Shown: positions 1 to 9,699, counted from the stretch's first letter. The stretch is DNA of 64,000 nt from Phycisphaerales bacterium (GCA_027451365.1 DAIDJN010000040.1:1-64000); one strand, 5' to 3'. Notes: generated by a model not told the origin, from the sequence alone. Program-made: numbers and translations.

Positions 1-34
1 CCAGAGCCTCTTTACGGGTGCTGGTCGCCGCCAT
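1..34 (-). CDS. 5' end of a gene running off the window (MAATSTRKEAL...), product unknown
   Basis: ATG at 34 on the minus strand, with a strong AGGAGGA Shine-Dalgarno at 41-47; frame open to the window edge. Confidence 0.6.
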   Translation of the reverse strand, partial: MAATSTRKEAL

Positions 35-141
35 GATTGTTCCTCCTTGAACAGTTTAGACAACTCCCAAACCACGTCCTGTGGTCTGGTTCCTTCCTAT
101 CTTACCCACACTTATCCGGTTGCAGAAACTGTCACAGGCCC

Positions 142-178
142 ATTCTTAATTCTTAATTCTTAATAGAATTTTAAGAAT
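142..178. repeat. Triple ATTCTTA heptamer tandem repeat plus inverted copy; candidate regulator site
   Basis: ATTCTTA at 142, 149 and 156; ATTCTTAA (156-163) is inverted with TTAAGAAT (171-178); lies directly upstream of a -35 box. Confidence 0.55.
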
Positions 179-182
179 TCGC

Positions 183-210
183 TTGACAATCGCGACCGCC
201 TACGTATACT
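183..210 (+). promoter_or_regulatory. sigma70-type promoter
   Basis: TTGACA (183-188), 16-nt spacer, TATACT (205-210). Confidence 0.6.
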
Positions 211-216
211 TCCTCA

Positions 217-420
217 TGTTCTGGGTGCGAAACAGTGTGAGACGCAGGAAACGAGCGACTCTCCTGAACTAACCACCGGAATGTTTGACAATTAAACGGG
301 ACGGCAGTTTTGGGGCTGCATGCCATGGTGTGCGATAGTGTACTGTGGTTTGCCTTGGACAGCCGCCCGGTTTTGGTTAGCCCGACCACTGATAAGTCAC
401 CAAAAAGAATGCCCAGGATA
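217..420 (+). ncRNA. Candidate ~200-nt structured RNA, possibly 6S-like
   Basis: Starts ~7 nt after the -10 box; terminal stem 217-227/410-420; nested helices 233-237/387-391, 269-275/374-380, 276-279/367-370, 282-288/355-361; G-U pairs favour the + strand; no credible ORF. Confidence 0.45.
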
Positions 421-459
421 TCCGAATTTGATATCTGACTTTCTTTAGCGAATGGTCTG

Positions 460-468
460 TGCTATAAT
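460..468 (+). promoter_or_regulatory. Extended -10 promoter element
   Basis: TG-C-TATAAT at 460-468, a perfect TGnTATAAT. Confidence 0.55.
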
Positions 469-475
469 GATCCTC

Positions 476-557
476 GCCGCCACCGTGTGGGTTCCCACTT
501 TGCCCGCACGAAAGCTGTCGCGCCCCACTCGGCAGCCCCGTGGCGGCATTTTTTTTT
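476..557 (+). ncRNA. Candidate small RNA: three-way junction with two CCCACU loops and a U-tail
   Basis: P1 476-483/540-547, P2 484-491/503-510, P3 514-520/530-536; both loops contain CCCACT; T9 tract at 549-557. Confidence 0.55.
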
Positions 558-700
558 GCGCTCACAATATTTTTTCACAATTGCGTCTGGAATTAGCCGC
601 CCTTGCCCCATCAGCGGCACAAAAAGGCCTAACCACCTGACGCGGATTGGCTGACTCCGTTTTACTGACACCGCGCCCCAGCCGATCATCACGCGCAATG

Positions 701-2122
701 CTATGGAAATTTTCCAATATGACCATTTATTCTGATGTTCCGGAATATGATGTCCGGGGCATCCACAATGCGATTTGATTGTGAAATTCCCTTAAACCGG
801 CAATCCGTCAGGGTTATGCGGCCGATCGAGTCGTGAGGGATTCCCACAAGGAACAGCAGCTCAGGAGTGACCAGGGATGTAATGGCACGAAAATGAATCC
901 CCGAAAATTGCGGATAATTTTGCCCATGTTTGGGGCCGTACACCAGCGTCAGATGAACCAGCGCTCCGGTGCAGCGGCCGCTTATATTTCCCAGGTGCAC
1001 ATTGCGCACAAAGCCGCCCCGAACGGAATTGGCCTTGGCATACAGGGCGTAACGCACGCCGTGAAACCGCCCGTGGCCAACGGCCTGAAGCTTCCATGCA
1101 AACACATTTTCAACGCCCTGGCTTTCCTCGCTGCCGCAACTGATAAGTCCCCAGGGGCCGGCACCGCGACAATTGACAATTACAATATTCCGACAGGGTG
1201 CCGCGGATCGGAATTTATCCGGGTCGCGGCCGGACTTGAGCGAAATGCAGTCATCGCCCGCGAAAAAAGTGCAGTGACGGACCAGAACATTTTGGCAGGA
1301 GTCGATATCCAGGCCATCAGAATTCCCATGGGTGGAATTGGTATGCACACCCGCAATGGTGACATTGCTGCAGAGTGTTGGATGAATCTGCCACCACTGG
1401 GAATTGGCAATGTGGATTCCGGAAATCAGAACCTTATGGCACTGATAAAATTCCACCATGGCTGTGCCCAAGGGGTGTCTTATTCCAAAAATGCGCTGGG
1501 AAACGGGTACGCCCCGGTCGCGCATAGTTTCCAACCTGCGCCAACTTCTCCCCGTTTGGCGGTTCCACCGCCGGGTCAGGCGACCATCAAGCCTGCCCTG
1601 GCCGGTCAGGGCAACATCGGCCTGGTTGAACGCATAAATACAGGGGGAAAAATTCATCAGGTCAATCCCCTGATTCCGCGTCATACGCAGGGGAAATTCC
1701 GCTGAATTGGCCGAAAAAAGAAGGGTCACCCCCTGGCCTACATGCAGATTCACACCACTGCGCAGCTCTATGGCACCCGTCAGATAGGTCCCGGGCGCAA
1801 AGGCCACCTGCCCGCCTCCCGCGGCGGAACATGCGGCAATCGTTCTGGCAATTGCCCTAGTATCGTCCGCTATTCCATTTCCCAATGCGCCAAACCGGAC
1901 GACGTTGAACACCCTGGCAGGAAATGTGGGAGGATTTATGCGGGCTATGATCTTTTTTGCCGCCGGCCAGGGAATTGAAATGCCAACGTCCGGCCCGGCT
2001 GCGGCCGAATATCCGGACTTGATGGGGGAGGCAGTTACCGGCAACGCGCGATAAAGCGGCATGGACCCGGCCAGAATAAACGCACACACAGCAAGCAAGC
2101 GGAAAAACAGGGGATTAACCAT
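701..2122 (-). CDS. Glycoside hydrolase family 28 (polygalacturonase-like), secreted
   Basis: FGALGNGIADDT start of the beta-helix; NSDG and GDDCI catalytic motifs; GSE and RGG motifs; N-terminal signal-like segment; start uncertain (ORF extends to 2200). Confidence 0.85.
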   Translation of the reverse strand: MVNPLFFRLLAVCAFILAGSMPLYRALPVTASPIKSGYSAAAGPDVGISIPWPAAKKIIARINPPTFPARVFNVVRFGALGNGIADDTRAIARTIAACSAAGGGQVAFAPGTYLTGAIELRSGVNLHVGQGVTLLFSANSAEFPLRMTRNQGIDLMNFSPCIYAFNQADVALTGQGRLDGRLTRRWNRQTGRSWRRLETMRDRGVPVSQRIFGIRHPLGTAMVEFYQCHKVLISGIHIANSQWWQIHPTLCSNVTIAGVHTNSTHGNSDGLDIDSCQNVLVRHCTFFAGDDCISLKSGRDPDKFRSAAPCRNIVIVNCRGAGPWGLISCGSEESQGVENVFAWKLQAVGHGRFHGVRYALYAKANSVRGGFVRNVHLGNISGRCTGALVHLTLVYGPKHGQNYPQFSGIHFRAITSLVTPELLFLVGIPHDSIGRITLTDCRFKGISQSNRIVDAPDIIFRNIRINGHIGKFP

Positions 2123-2287
2123 ACCATAAATGAACCGGTGCAAAGAAAACTCCTGCAATAAGCCTTTCATGCAACGCCCGAAAGCTGCGCCACATTGCAC
2201 GCATCAATTTTTCATTGGCCTTTCATATCCGACGGGTAAAGTGGAATCCATCGGGACAATTTGCTTTTATATATGGAAAGGAACCCC

Positions 2288-2989
2288 ATGCCAACGGACG
2301 TGATTAACCATTCGACCGGGCGGTTTGGTCTGGCGGCTGCGATCATCGGCTGCCTGTTGGCGGCATTGTCATATTCACACACCGCAATTGCAATGGGCCG
2401 CCGACCTGTTGCCGCAAACAAGCAACTGCTGCGAATAATTGCTGTAGATCCGGGCCACGGCGGGCGCGATCCGGGTGCCATCGGATGCCATGGCGCAATG
2501 GAGAAAAATGTGACTCTGGCGATCGGCGTGGACCTTGCGAGGCTGATTGACCGCGCGCCGGGGGTGCGGGCCGTGCTTACACGCGACTCGGATCAATATG
2601 TGGGCCTGCGGAAGCGTCGCTGGATTGCCCGAAAGGCCCACGCCTGCCTGTTTGTTTCAATTCATGCGAATTCTGGAAAGCCCACCTGGCGCGGCGCAAC
2701 GGTATACGCCCAGCCCGCGCGAGACCCTGTGGAAAAAGCATCCACAAGGCTTGCCGCGATGATCAGTCATCAATTGGCCCGTATTGAACCCGTGGATAAG
2801 CAGCGGCGGGCAAATTTCGTGGTGCTGCGGTCCACGCGCATACCTTCTGTTCTGGTGGAAACGGGCTATATCACCAACCCCGCGGAGGAGCGGAACCTGG
2901 TCCGCCCGGCTTTTCAGGAAAAAATTGCCGTGGCCATTTTTCACGGGATCATGCAGTTCGTTCACATACAAGCAAAGGCCGGCAAGTAG
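2288..2989 (+). CDS. N-acetylmuramoyl-L-alanine amidase (Amidase_3), single catalytic domain with signal peptide
   Basis: DPGHGGRDPGA, EK, FVSIHAN and SVLVETGYITN motifs. Confidence 0.9.
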   Translation: MPTDVINHSTGRFGLAAAIIGCLLAALSYSHTAIAMGRRPVAANKQLLRIIAVDPGHGGRDPGAIGCHGAMEKNVTLAIGVDLARLIDRAPGVRAVLTRDSDQYVGLRKRRWIARKAHACLFVSIHANSGKPTWRGATVYAQPARDPVEKASTRLAAMISHQLARIEPVDKQRRANFVVLRSTRIPSVLVETGYITNPAEERNLVRPAFQEKIAVAIFHGIMQFVHIQAKAGK

Positions 2990-3317
2990 CGTTGCCTGCG
3001 CAAAACAGCCAGCCTGGAACGCCTGATCATCGGCGGCATTGTCTGGCGGGACGGATCGCCGCCCATTGCAGGCAGTAGGGGGGCAGAACTTTGAACCAAA
3101 CAGGTGGCCAAAGTCCCGATTGATCCGACAGCCTGCGCCGAGGAATTGATCGCTTCACCAGCACCTTGCTGATGCCGGACTTTGTGCCAAAACGGCACAA
3201 TGTTGCATTTGATTTTGTAAAGTGTATTCTAATTTCAGCGGCCGCATTTCCAGCCGCACCAGTCGCTTGTATTCGGCGGATTGTCACATTTCCGGTTCTT
3301 TAAAAAGGAGCGCACCT

Positions 3318-3755
3318 ATGGCCAACGTTGCAAGCATTATCGCGGGTAAATCAAGTCACGTGTATTCCATCGCGCCGGATCAGTCCGTGCTGGAAGCAAC
3401 CCACAAAATGAATCGATATCGGATCGGATCATTGATTGTGATGGAAAATGGTCAGATTGTAGGCATTTTAAGTGAACGCGACATTCTTATGCGGGTCGTT
3501 CAGGAAGAAAAGCATCCGCGGCAGGTAAAAGTAGCCGATGCCATGACGCGCGATATCATCGTCTGTCGGCCGGATACAAGCCTGGAAGATGCCAGCGCCA
3601 TTATGATGAATCGCCGCGTGCGACACCTGCCGGTCTGCGATGACGAAGGGCATCTTCTTGGTCTGGTATCGATTGGCGATCTGAACGCTCAGCACGTAAG
3701 CGAACAGGAAGTGACTATTCATCATCTGCATGATTACCTTTACGGTCGGGTATAA
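3318..3755 (+). CDS. CBS domain pair protein
   Basis: GILSERDI and RHLPV...GLVSIGDL CBS motifs; AAGGAG RBS before ATG 3318. Confidence 0.9.
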   Translation: MANVASIIAGKSSHVYSIAPDQSVLEATHKMNRYRIGSLIVMENGQIVGILSERDILMRVVQEEKHPRQVKVADAMTRDIIVCRPDTSLEDASAIMMNRRVRHLPVCDDEGHLLGLVSIGDLNAQHVSEQEVTIHHLHDYLYGRV

Positions 3756-3797
3756 CGGCAGGCGAAACGGCAACCCGCCGCCCCTGCATTGGAGCCG

Positions 3798-6095
3798 TTA
3801 TTGAGCCGCCGCCCGCCGCAGATGAATCAGCGGCAGGTTAAACCGCCGGCGAATGCGGTTATTTTTCGTCACCAGGCGGTCAAACAGCGGTCCGGTCAGA
3901 AAATCCACATGACCATCGGCAAATCCGACGACACGCATCGCGCTGGTCGGCGCGGCACGGTTATAGATAAGAATGAATTCGGAAGGGCTGGGTATTTTCG
4001 TTTCATCCATACCGTCGCCCACATAAATCAAGTCAGAGTGTGATTGTAACTGGTGGTTTAAACTTACAAGCGACAGAGATTTTACCAGGCTTTTGGCCAG
4101 CGGATGCGTGGCCGAATGGGGGTAAATCCACAGTGCCGGGTTGTTATCCATTTTTAGTATCTGGCCGGCGTTTTGCGGAACCCGCGATTGATGCGTATTC
4201 GAATATTCCGTGCAATCCAGAATAATCTGGCGAACGTTGGATGCGGCGGTTGTCTGCCGGGCTTCAGCGCGTGCCCGCGCAATCGCAGGTAACGCAATTG
4301 CTACGGCCATTGGCGCAACTATTTCCGGATTGACTGACGAAACAGACTGCGGCGTAAACAATTGGCTGCCGGGAAACGCCGATATCGCGCGAGAATGAAT
4401 TCCGCTGACATCACGCCAACTGACGCTGCCGGACGGCGTGAGAATGTTCTCCAGGTCGCTTAACTTGGGAAAAATGGCGGTCAGCGGTGGATGCAGATGG
4501 ATGCCGGTAAACAGCGGAATGAGCTTTTCAAGCATTAAAAGTTCCATGTAACCGGCCGGTGCCATGGCCGGATCATCTGAATAACCGATGGATTCCATGC
4601 CGGCATCGGCCCCCAGGCGGGACATGACCTTTTTGAACTGCGCTGAATTGGTAATGCAATCCCGCGCTGGTTTATGCTGGAGCGCCAGTTGAATCGTGCG
4701 CGGAAATGGTGAAAAGAAAAATTCATGTCCGGTCACACACCAGGCGGGCATAATGGTGGGAGTCTGGAGATAATATATAACAGCGGTGCCAACCTGAGTG
4801 TGAAGCAGTCGCAGCGCAGGAGCGTTCGGGTGACTTTTTCGATAGGTCGCGTTGGCACCCACCAGAAGCAGCGGCGTAAGCGTTACCAGCGATTGCGCCA
4901 GCCGATGGGGATGGCGCAGGCGATTGACCACCATCAGCCCGTTGTTGCCAACCAGAGGCAGATAGGGGGATTGATAAACCAGCCAGTCGGGACCGAAGGT
5001 GTTGATAAAATCGTGACGAATGTCCAGACCGGTGGAGGCCCGAACCAGCGCCAGGGCGTGGCTCATTTGACCGCCTCGGCCGGAAAGTTCAACCGCACGA
5101 ATTACAAAATCCGTGACGGCTTTAATATCCAGCCGGAAAACCGCCAAATTATCGCATGACTTCGGAACAAGGCGCAGCATCCGCTGCAGATCCGCCTGGG
5201 CCTGCATGGCGATATGCGCATTGGTTTCGCCTAAGTAGAGACTCTGCATGAACTGCCTTCCCCGCATCCCGGCGGTCATGGCAAAAGTCGTATAATCGTT
5301 CACGCCAAGTGATTTTTCCACCGCCTGAACAATCCGTTTTCCGCCTGTGCCTGTGCCCGGTTCAGCGGCAAGGGCTGCATTAAATAATTGAACAATTGAA
5401 TGAACATCCATATAAGCCAGAAATGCGGGATGGGTCTGCGTCTGGACCAGCGCATTCTGATAGGCCGCTGATGAAATAAATGAGCGCGGCAGCGTAACTG
5501 AATTTCCGAGCCCCAGCAGTGACGCCATTTTCGACGTAAGACCGTTGGCGATGTAAACCAGATTGCCCACATGACCGGCTGCAAGTCGGAGCGCCGGCGG
5601 CGGCGGGTTAGAACCACTCTGATTCAACGTGCTGGCAATCTGCTTAAACAACGTCAGAACCGCAGCCCGGTTCTTTCCGGCGTCCATCAACAGTTCCACA
5701 TGCAGGCCCAGTGGCGGCTGACTGGCGGCATGGAAAGCCACCTTGAAATGGCTGATATAAAGCCCAAAGGGATGCGTAAAGAATAAATTCGAGGTGACGA
5801 GTGCCTGGGCAATCTGCCGGGCCGCCTCGGGGTGGGCCGGTTCGATGTCCCGGATAACTTCGGGCAGATCGCGGGTAAAAAGCTCGGTTACCCGGCTGTG
5901 CTGAAGAAATGTCTGGAATCGCGATTTTTGATAGCTGTTCCAGTGCCGCGGCGCGCCAGCCCAACCGATATAAATCAGCGGATTCGCCGGAACTCTGCCG
6001 GCAAGCGACGCGGCCGTGCTTAACGTCGGCGATGCCAGCAGCAGCATTGCCGGCAGAACCGGAATGATGCGGCGTATCAGATTTTTGAGCTTCAT
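3798..6095 (-). CDS. Large exported protein with a C-terminal pilin-like/DUF1559-type segment (H-X9-DG-like motif)
   Basis: Signal peptide; C-terminal VAIALPAIARARAEARQ..SNVRQI and VGFADGHV; GGAGG RBS before ATG 6095. Confidence 0.7.
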   Translation of the reverse strand: MKLKNLIRRIIPVLPAMLLLASPTLSTAASLAGRVPANPLIYIGWAGAPRHWNSYQKSRFQTFLQHSRVTELFTRDLPEVIRDIEPAHPEAARQIAQALVTSNLFFTHPFGLYISHFKVAFHAASQPPLGLHVELLMDAGKNRAAVLTLFKQIASTLNQSGSNPPPPALRLAAGHVGNLVYIANGLTSKMASLLGLGNSVTLPRSFISSAAYQNALVQTQTHPAFLAYMDVHSIVQLFNAALAAEPGTGTGGKRIVQAVEKSLGVNDYTTFAMTAGMRGRQFMQSLYLGETNAHIAMQAQADLQRMLRLVPKSCDNLAVFRLDIKAVTDFVIRAVELSGRGGQMSHALALVRASTGLDIRHDFINTFGPDWLVYQSPYLPLVGNNGLMVVNRLRHPHRLAQSLVTLTPLLLVGANATYRKSHPNAPALRLLHTQVGTAVIYYLQTPTIMPAWCVTGHEFFFSPFPRTIQLALQHKPARDCITNSAQFKKVMSRLGADAGMESIGYSDDPAMAPAGYMELLMLEKLIPLFTGIHLHPPLTAIFPKLSDLENILTPSGSVSWRDVSGIHSRAISAFPGSQLFTPQSVSSVNPEIVAPMAVAIALPAIARARAEARQTTAASNVRQIILDCTEYSNTHQSRVPQNAGQILKMDNNPALWIYPHSATHPLAKSLVKSLSLVSLNHQLQSHSDLIYVGDGMDETKIPSPSEFILIYNRAAPTSAMRVVGFADGHVDFLTGPLFDRLVTKNNRIRRRFNLPLIHLRRAAAQ

Positions 6096-6240
6096 GATAA
6101 TGCCTCCGAAGTTCAATCCAGAAAGTTGTGGCAGAACGCGGCCGGATATTGGCCGGTAGTTTACCCGATTTTTGCATCCAAAGGACAGCCCGCCCAGGCG
6201 ATGGTCAAGGCATCCGGATAAAATGACGCGATCACGATTC

Positions 6241-6720
6241 CTATTTAAGGTCGCCTTCGTCCAATAGCGTAAAATGCTCTTCTGCCAGCACCATGCTGGC
6301 AAGTTCGGTGTTGTCCACGTGAATCACCACGCCCGGCCGTCGATCAGGACGGGAGATCAAGGCGTACACATAATGTATGTCTATTTCAGCGCTCAGCAGC
6401 GCCTGGCATACACTGCCCAGGCCATCGCCATGCGAATTGGCCGATACTTCCACTGCCACGAGTTCACAAATTGTGTAGTGGTAATCGCTTTGCGTCAGGA
6501 TGCGCAGTGCCATGTCCGTGTCATTAAAAATGAAGCGCAGAATTGCGCAATCGAATCCTTGAATGACTGTCAGGGCCAACGTGCGCACGCCTGAATCATG
6601 AAACATGGCCATGAGTCCGGCCAGAGTTCCCACCCTGTTTTCCACAAACACCGAGACTTGCCGGATACAGGGTGTTTCGCGACCGCGTTTGGTCATAGGT
6701 CTTTCGCGCGTTTCAGCCAT
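6241..6720 (-). CDS. Tandem ACT-domain protein
   Basis: IRQVSVFVENRVGTL and a second ACT-like repeat (IDIHYVYA). Confidence 0.85.
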   Translation of the reverse strand: MAETRERPMTKRGRETPCIRQVSVFVENRVGTLAGLMAMFHDSGVRTLALTVIQGFDCAILRFIFNDTDMALRILTQSDYHYTICELVAVEVSANSHGDGLGSVCQALLSAEIDIHYVYALISRPDRRPGVVIHVDNTELASMVLAEEHFTLLDEGDLK

Positions 6721-6837
6721 GGAATTATGGTAACATGAAGTTGAGAATAGTTTAAGCGCGGCAATTTCAGCAATCGCGGAATTGCTGTAAACTCAAGATG
6801 CCGAGGGCCACAGGGCCGTGAAAAAACAGGACCCACA

Positions 6838-7317
6838 ATGACCAATGATCCGAAACGCGCAATTTCTCTGCCGGTCGCCGCCCCAATGGACGATGGACCA
6901 TGGTATCAGGCGGGGCTGAGATTCGAATGCACCCAGTGCGGCAACTGCTGTTCCGGCGGCCCCGGATTTGTATGGCTGACCGATGCGGATATTGAACGCA
7001 TCGCCGCGTTCCTGAACCTTTCCGTGCCGGCTTTCACAAGCCGGTATGTGCGGTTGATTGGCGATCAATTAAGTTTGACTGAAAAGCCCGGCTATGACTG
7101 CATTTTTCTGAACCGCGCCGATGGCAAGTCCATGTGTGGAATTTATCCGGTGCGGCCGATGCAATGCCGCACATGGCCATTCTGGGACATGAATCTGAAA
7201 AGTCCGGATGCCTGGGTTCGGGCCAGCGGGCGCTGTCCGGGCATGCGCGACAAAACCGGACCCGTCTATCCGCTGGAACATATAGAGAAGTGTCGAAAAC
7301 ATCCGGAATCGCCGTGA
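6838..7317 (+). CDS. YkgJ family cysteine-cluster protein
   Basis: CTQCGNCC...CIFL...CGIYPVRPMQCRTWPFW...CPG. Confidence 0.9.
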   Translation: MTNDPKRAISLPVAAPMDDGPWYQAGLRFECTQCGNCCSGGPGFVWLTDADIERIAAFLNLSVPAFTSRYVRLIGDQLSLTEKPGYDCIFLNRADGKSMCGIYPVRPMQCRTWPFWDMNLKSPDAWVRASGRCPGMRDKTGPVYPLEHIEKCRKHPESP

Positions 7318-7353
7318 TTCGTCGGCGCCGCCTCCACCAGTGGGCATGGATGG

Positions 7354-8085
7354 CTAAACCGGGCTTCCACGAGTCAGGTGCCGCAATTTGTTGTCAGAAT
7401 CCGCAACCAGAACATCAGTGGCAAAATTAAGAAACAGGCCGGTTTCTACAATTCCGGGAATGGACCGCAACTGCCGATCCAGTTCCTGTGGTCGGTCAAA
7501 CCAGGGTGATTCACAGGCAAACCGCGCATGCAGCAGCGGATTCTGATTGTCGGTCAGGAACAGCGTCCCATCCGGCCGCAGGCGTGGCGTGCAGGTGGCT
7601 CCCATGGCCTGGACGGCGCGCGTCACGGTGGGCATGGCGAAGGCAATAATTTCAAGAAAAACTGGAAATTGCGTTCCCAGCCGCGGCACAATTTTTTCGC
7701 GTCCGACCACAATCACCAGACGCCGGGAAATGGAGGCGACCACTTTTTCGCGCAACAGATCGCCGCCTCCACCCTTCAGCAGATTCAGTTTCGGATCCAC
7801 CTCATCGGCCCCGTCCACAGTAATATCCAGTGCGGTTTGATCGTGCAAACTGACAAGTGGAATCCCGCATTCGCGGGCCAGCCGCGCTGTAGATTCACTC
7901 GTCGGCACACCCACAATATTCAGATGATCCAGCTTCAGGCGTCGGCCAAGCATTCGGATAAATGCGTGGGCCGCTCGGCCGCTGCCCAAGCCCACCGCTT
8001 GACCAGAGGAAATATAGCCGGCGGCTACAGCGCCAATGTTTTCAAGTTCCCCGGGTGTCGCGATAGACGAATTTTGATCTGTCAT
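7354..8085 (-). CDS. rpiA: Ribose-5-phosphate isomerase A
   Basis: GLGSG, DGADEVD, KGGGG..LREK and GIVETGLF motifs. Confidence 0.95.
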   Translation of the reverse strand: MTDQNSSIATPGELENIGAVAAGYISSGQAVGLGSGRAAHAFIRMLGRRLKLDHLNIVGVPTSESTARLARECGIPLVSLHDQTALDITVDGADEVDPKLNLLKGGGGDLLREKVVASISRRLVIVVGREKIVPRLGTQFPVFLEIIAFAMPTVTRAVQAMGATCTPRLRPDGTLFLTDNQNPLLHARFACESPWFDRPQELDRQLRSIPGIVETGLFLNFATDVLVADSDNKLRHLTRGSPV

Positions 8086-8208
8086 GGGTCATCCGTAATC
8101 AACGCGCGGACGCGGGGCGATCCCCACGCCGGCTGAATTTTACGCCAATAGCCGCGGGTTTCCACGACCCGCTGTTTTGGCCGCGTGCCAAACAGCCATT
8201 TCCGCCGA

Positions 8209-8281
<73 letters not shown>

Positions 8282-8618
8282 TCGTGACGCATGGTCGGCC
8301 AGTCGCCGTCATGCGAATCCATTCTTTTATACGCATCGGGTGCAGGATGCAACTGTGCCGACATTTAGTCTGTTTTCTTTGGTCTAAATAAAGGCCGCCA
8401 GGAAAGAGAAATGTTCCCCCATGCCCGTGACCGGCAACACCGTTATTTTCGGCCACCAGCCGGATTCTGCCTGAAAGACCCATGTTTCGCGCGCCAGCCG
8501 ATGGATGTCATGCCAAGCGTTCACACAAGACAACCGGAAATCAGTGGCGCCGATTTTCCGGTGACTGCCATATGGTTTAGGCGGGGATAAACGCGGTCTT
8601 CTGCCCGGTGGTGTTTCG

Positions 8619-9584
8619 TTAGAATTTGAATTTGGCATTCAGAGAAACATACGCGGCATTGGCGATTTGCCCGACCGGATTTTCATTAATGGACTGATAA
8701 CCCTGACTGAATGCCTGGTTAAACGCGTAGCCACCGCCCAGTTTCAAGGAGAAATTCGGACAGGTAATTATCCGCACGCCCGCTTCGACCCGGCACATGT
8801 TGAAAAACAGACGCTGGTCGTGGTTGTAATAATCCACATGAAATGACCATGACTGGCTGGCGAACAGGCCATAAACATGCAGCCATCGCAGCAGGCGGTA
8901 ATCCACATCAGCATGTCCGTCGTCGGTGGGGAAGTACATCAGTTCCAGATTCAGGCGGTCAAATGGCCTGTAATCGAGATATTCATAGATTCCAACGCCC
9001 CAGGTCAACTTGGTCGTTTCATGCAGAAATTCCACCGTTGGCAGCGGCACATCCGGCAGCACGGACCGGTTGCCATCGTAATTTATTCCAAATACCAGGC
9101 TGTCCTGCGGATTGAACTGGTATTGTGCGGTAATATCCGCCAGGCCATATACCGCCTGACTTTCGTTATAGGGGCTGTTCCCCGAATAGCCCGCACCCAC
9201 CACGGCACCCAGGCTCCATGGTCCCGACTGAACGATGGGAATACCCAACGACATGGATTGTTCGTTTAACTGCCGCGGCAGCAGGGGACTGTGTGTATTT
9301 AACGCCATGTACAATGAATCCCAGGCGATTGTCGGGCTGTATTGGCCTGTATCCGCGAGGCGTACCCTGCCTGAAGAATCCACAATTCCAATTTGGGCCG
9401 GGGAACCATCGTTGCGGATGTGGCTTTGGTTTTCCAGCAGACCCCAGGTGGAGGATTCCACGTTAATATTGCTGTCCCAGGGCAGCAGAGCGCTTAAATC
9501 AGATGAAAGGGCGTACGCCCTTCCCGTGGTCAGAAGTCCGGCGGCCAGGCCGATTCCGGCCATCCAGTTTTTCAGGGAATTCAT
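8619..9584 (-). CDS. Putative outer-membrane beta-barrel protein
   Basis: Signal peptide, alternating aromatic/glycine beta-strand pattern, C-terminal ...YVSLNAKFKF ending in Phe. Confidence 0.65.
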   Translation of the reverse strand: MNSLKNWMAGIGLAAGLLTTGRAYALSSDLSALLPWDSNINVESSTWGLLENQSHIRNDGSPAQIGIVDSSGRVRLADTGQYSPTIAWDSLYMALNTHSPLLPRQLNEQSMSLGIPIVQSGPWSLGAVVGAGYSGNSPYNESQAVYGLADITAQYQFNPQDSLVFGINYDGNRSVLPDVPLPTVEFLHETTKLTWGVGIYEYLDYRPFDRLNLELMYFPTDDGHADVDYRLLRWLHVYGLFASQSWSFHVDYYNHDQRLFFNMCRVEAGVRIITCPNFSLKLGGGYAFNQAFSQGYQSINENPVGQIANAAYVSLNAKFKF

Positions 9585-9699
9585 GAATCTGTCCTTGTGA
9601 TATATCGCCAGTTATAAACTCATTTATATGTTAATATTCTCGGTCGCGGCCATTTCCGGAGTTGCGCCCCGGTGCCGGGCTTCGCCGGCGCCGTTCGCA

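Noticed and set aside
452..640. 62-aa + strand ORF
   Set aside because: No RBS; begins upstream of the -10 element and runs through a hairpin plus T9 tract; better explained as RNA structure
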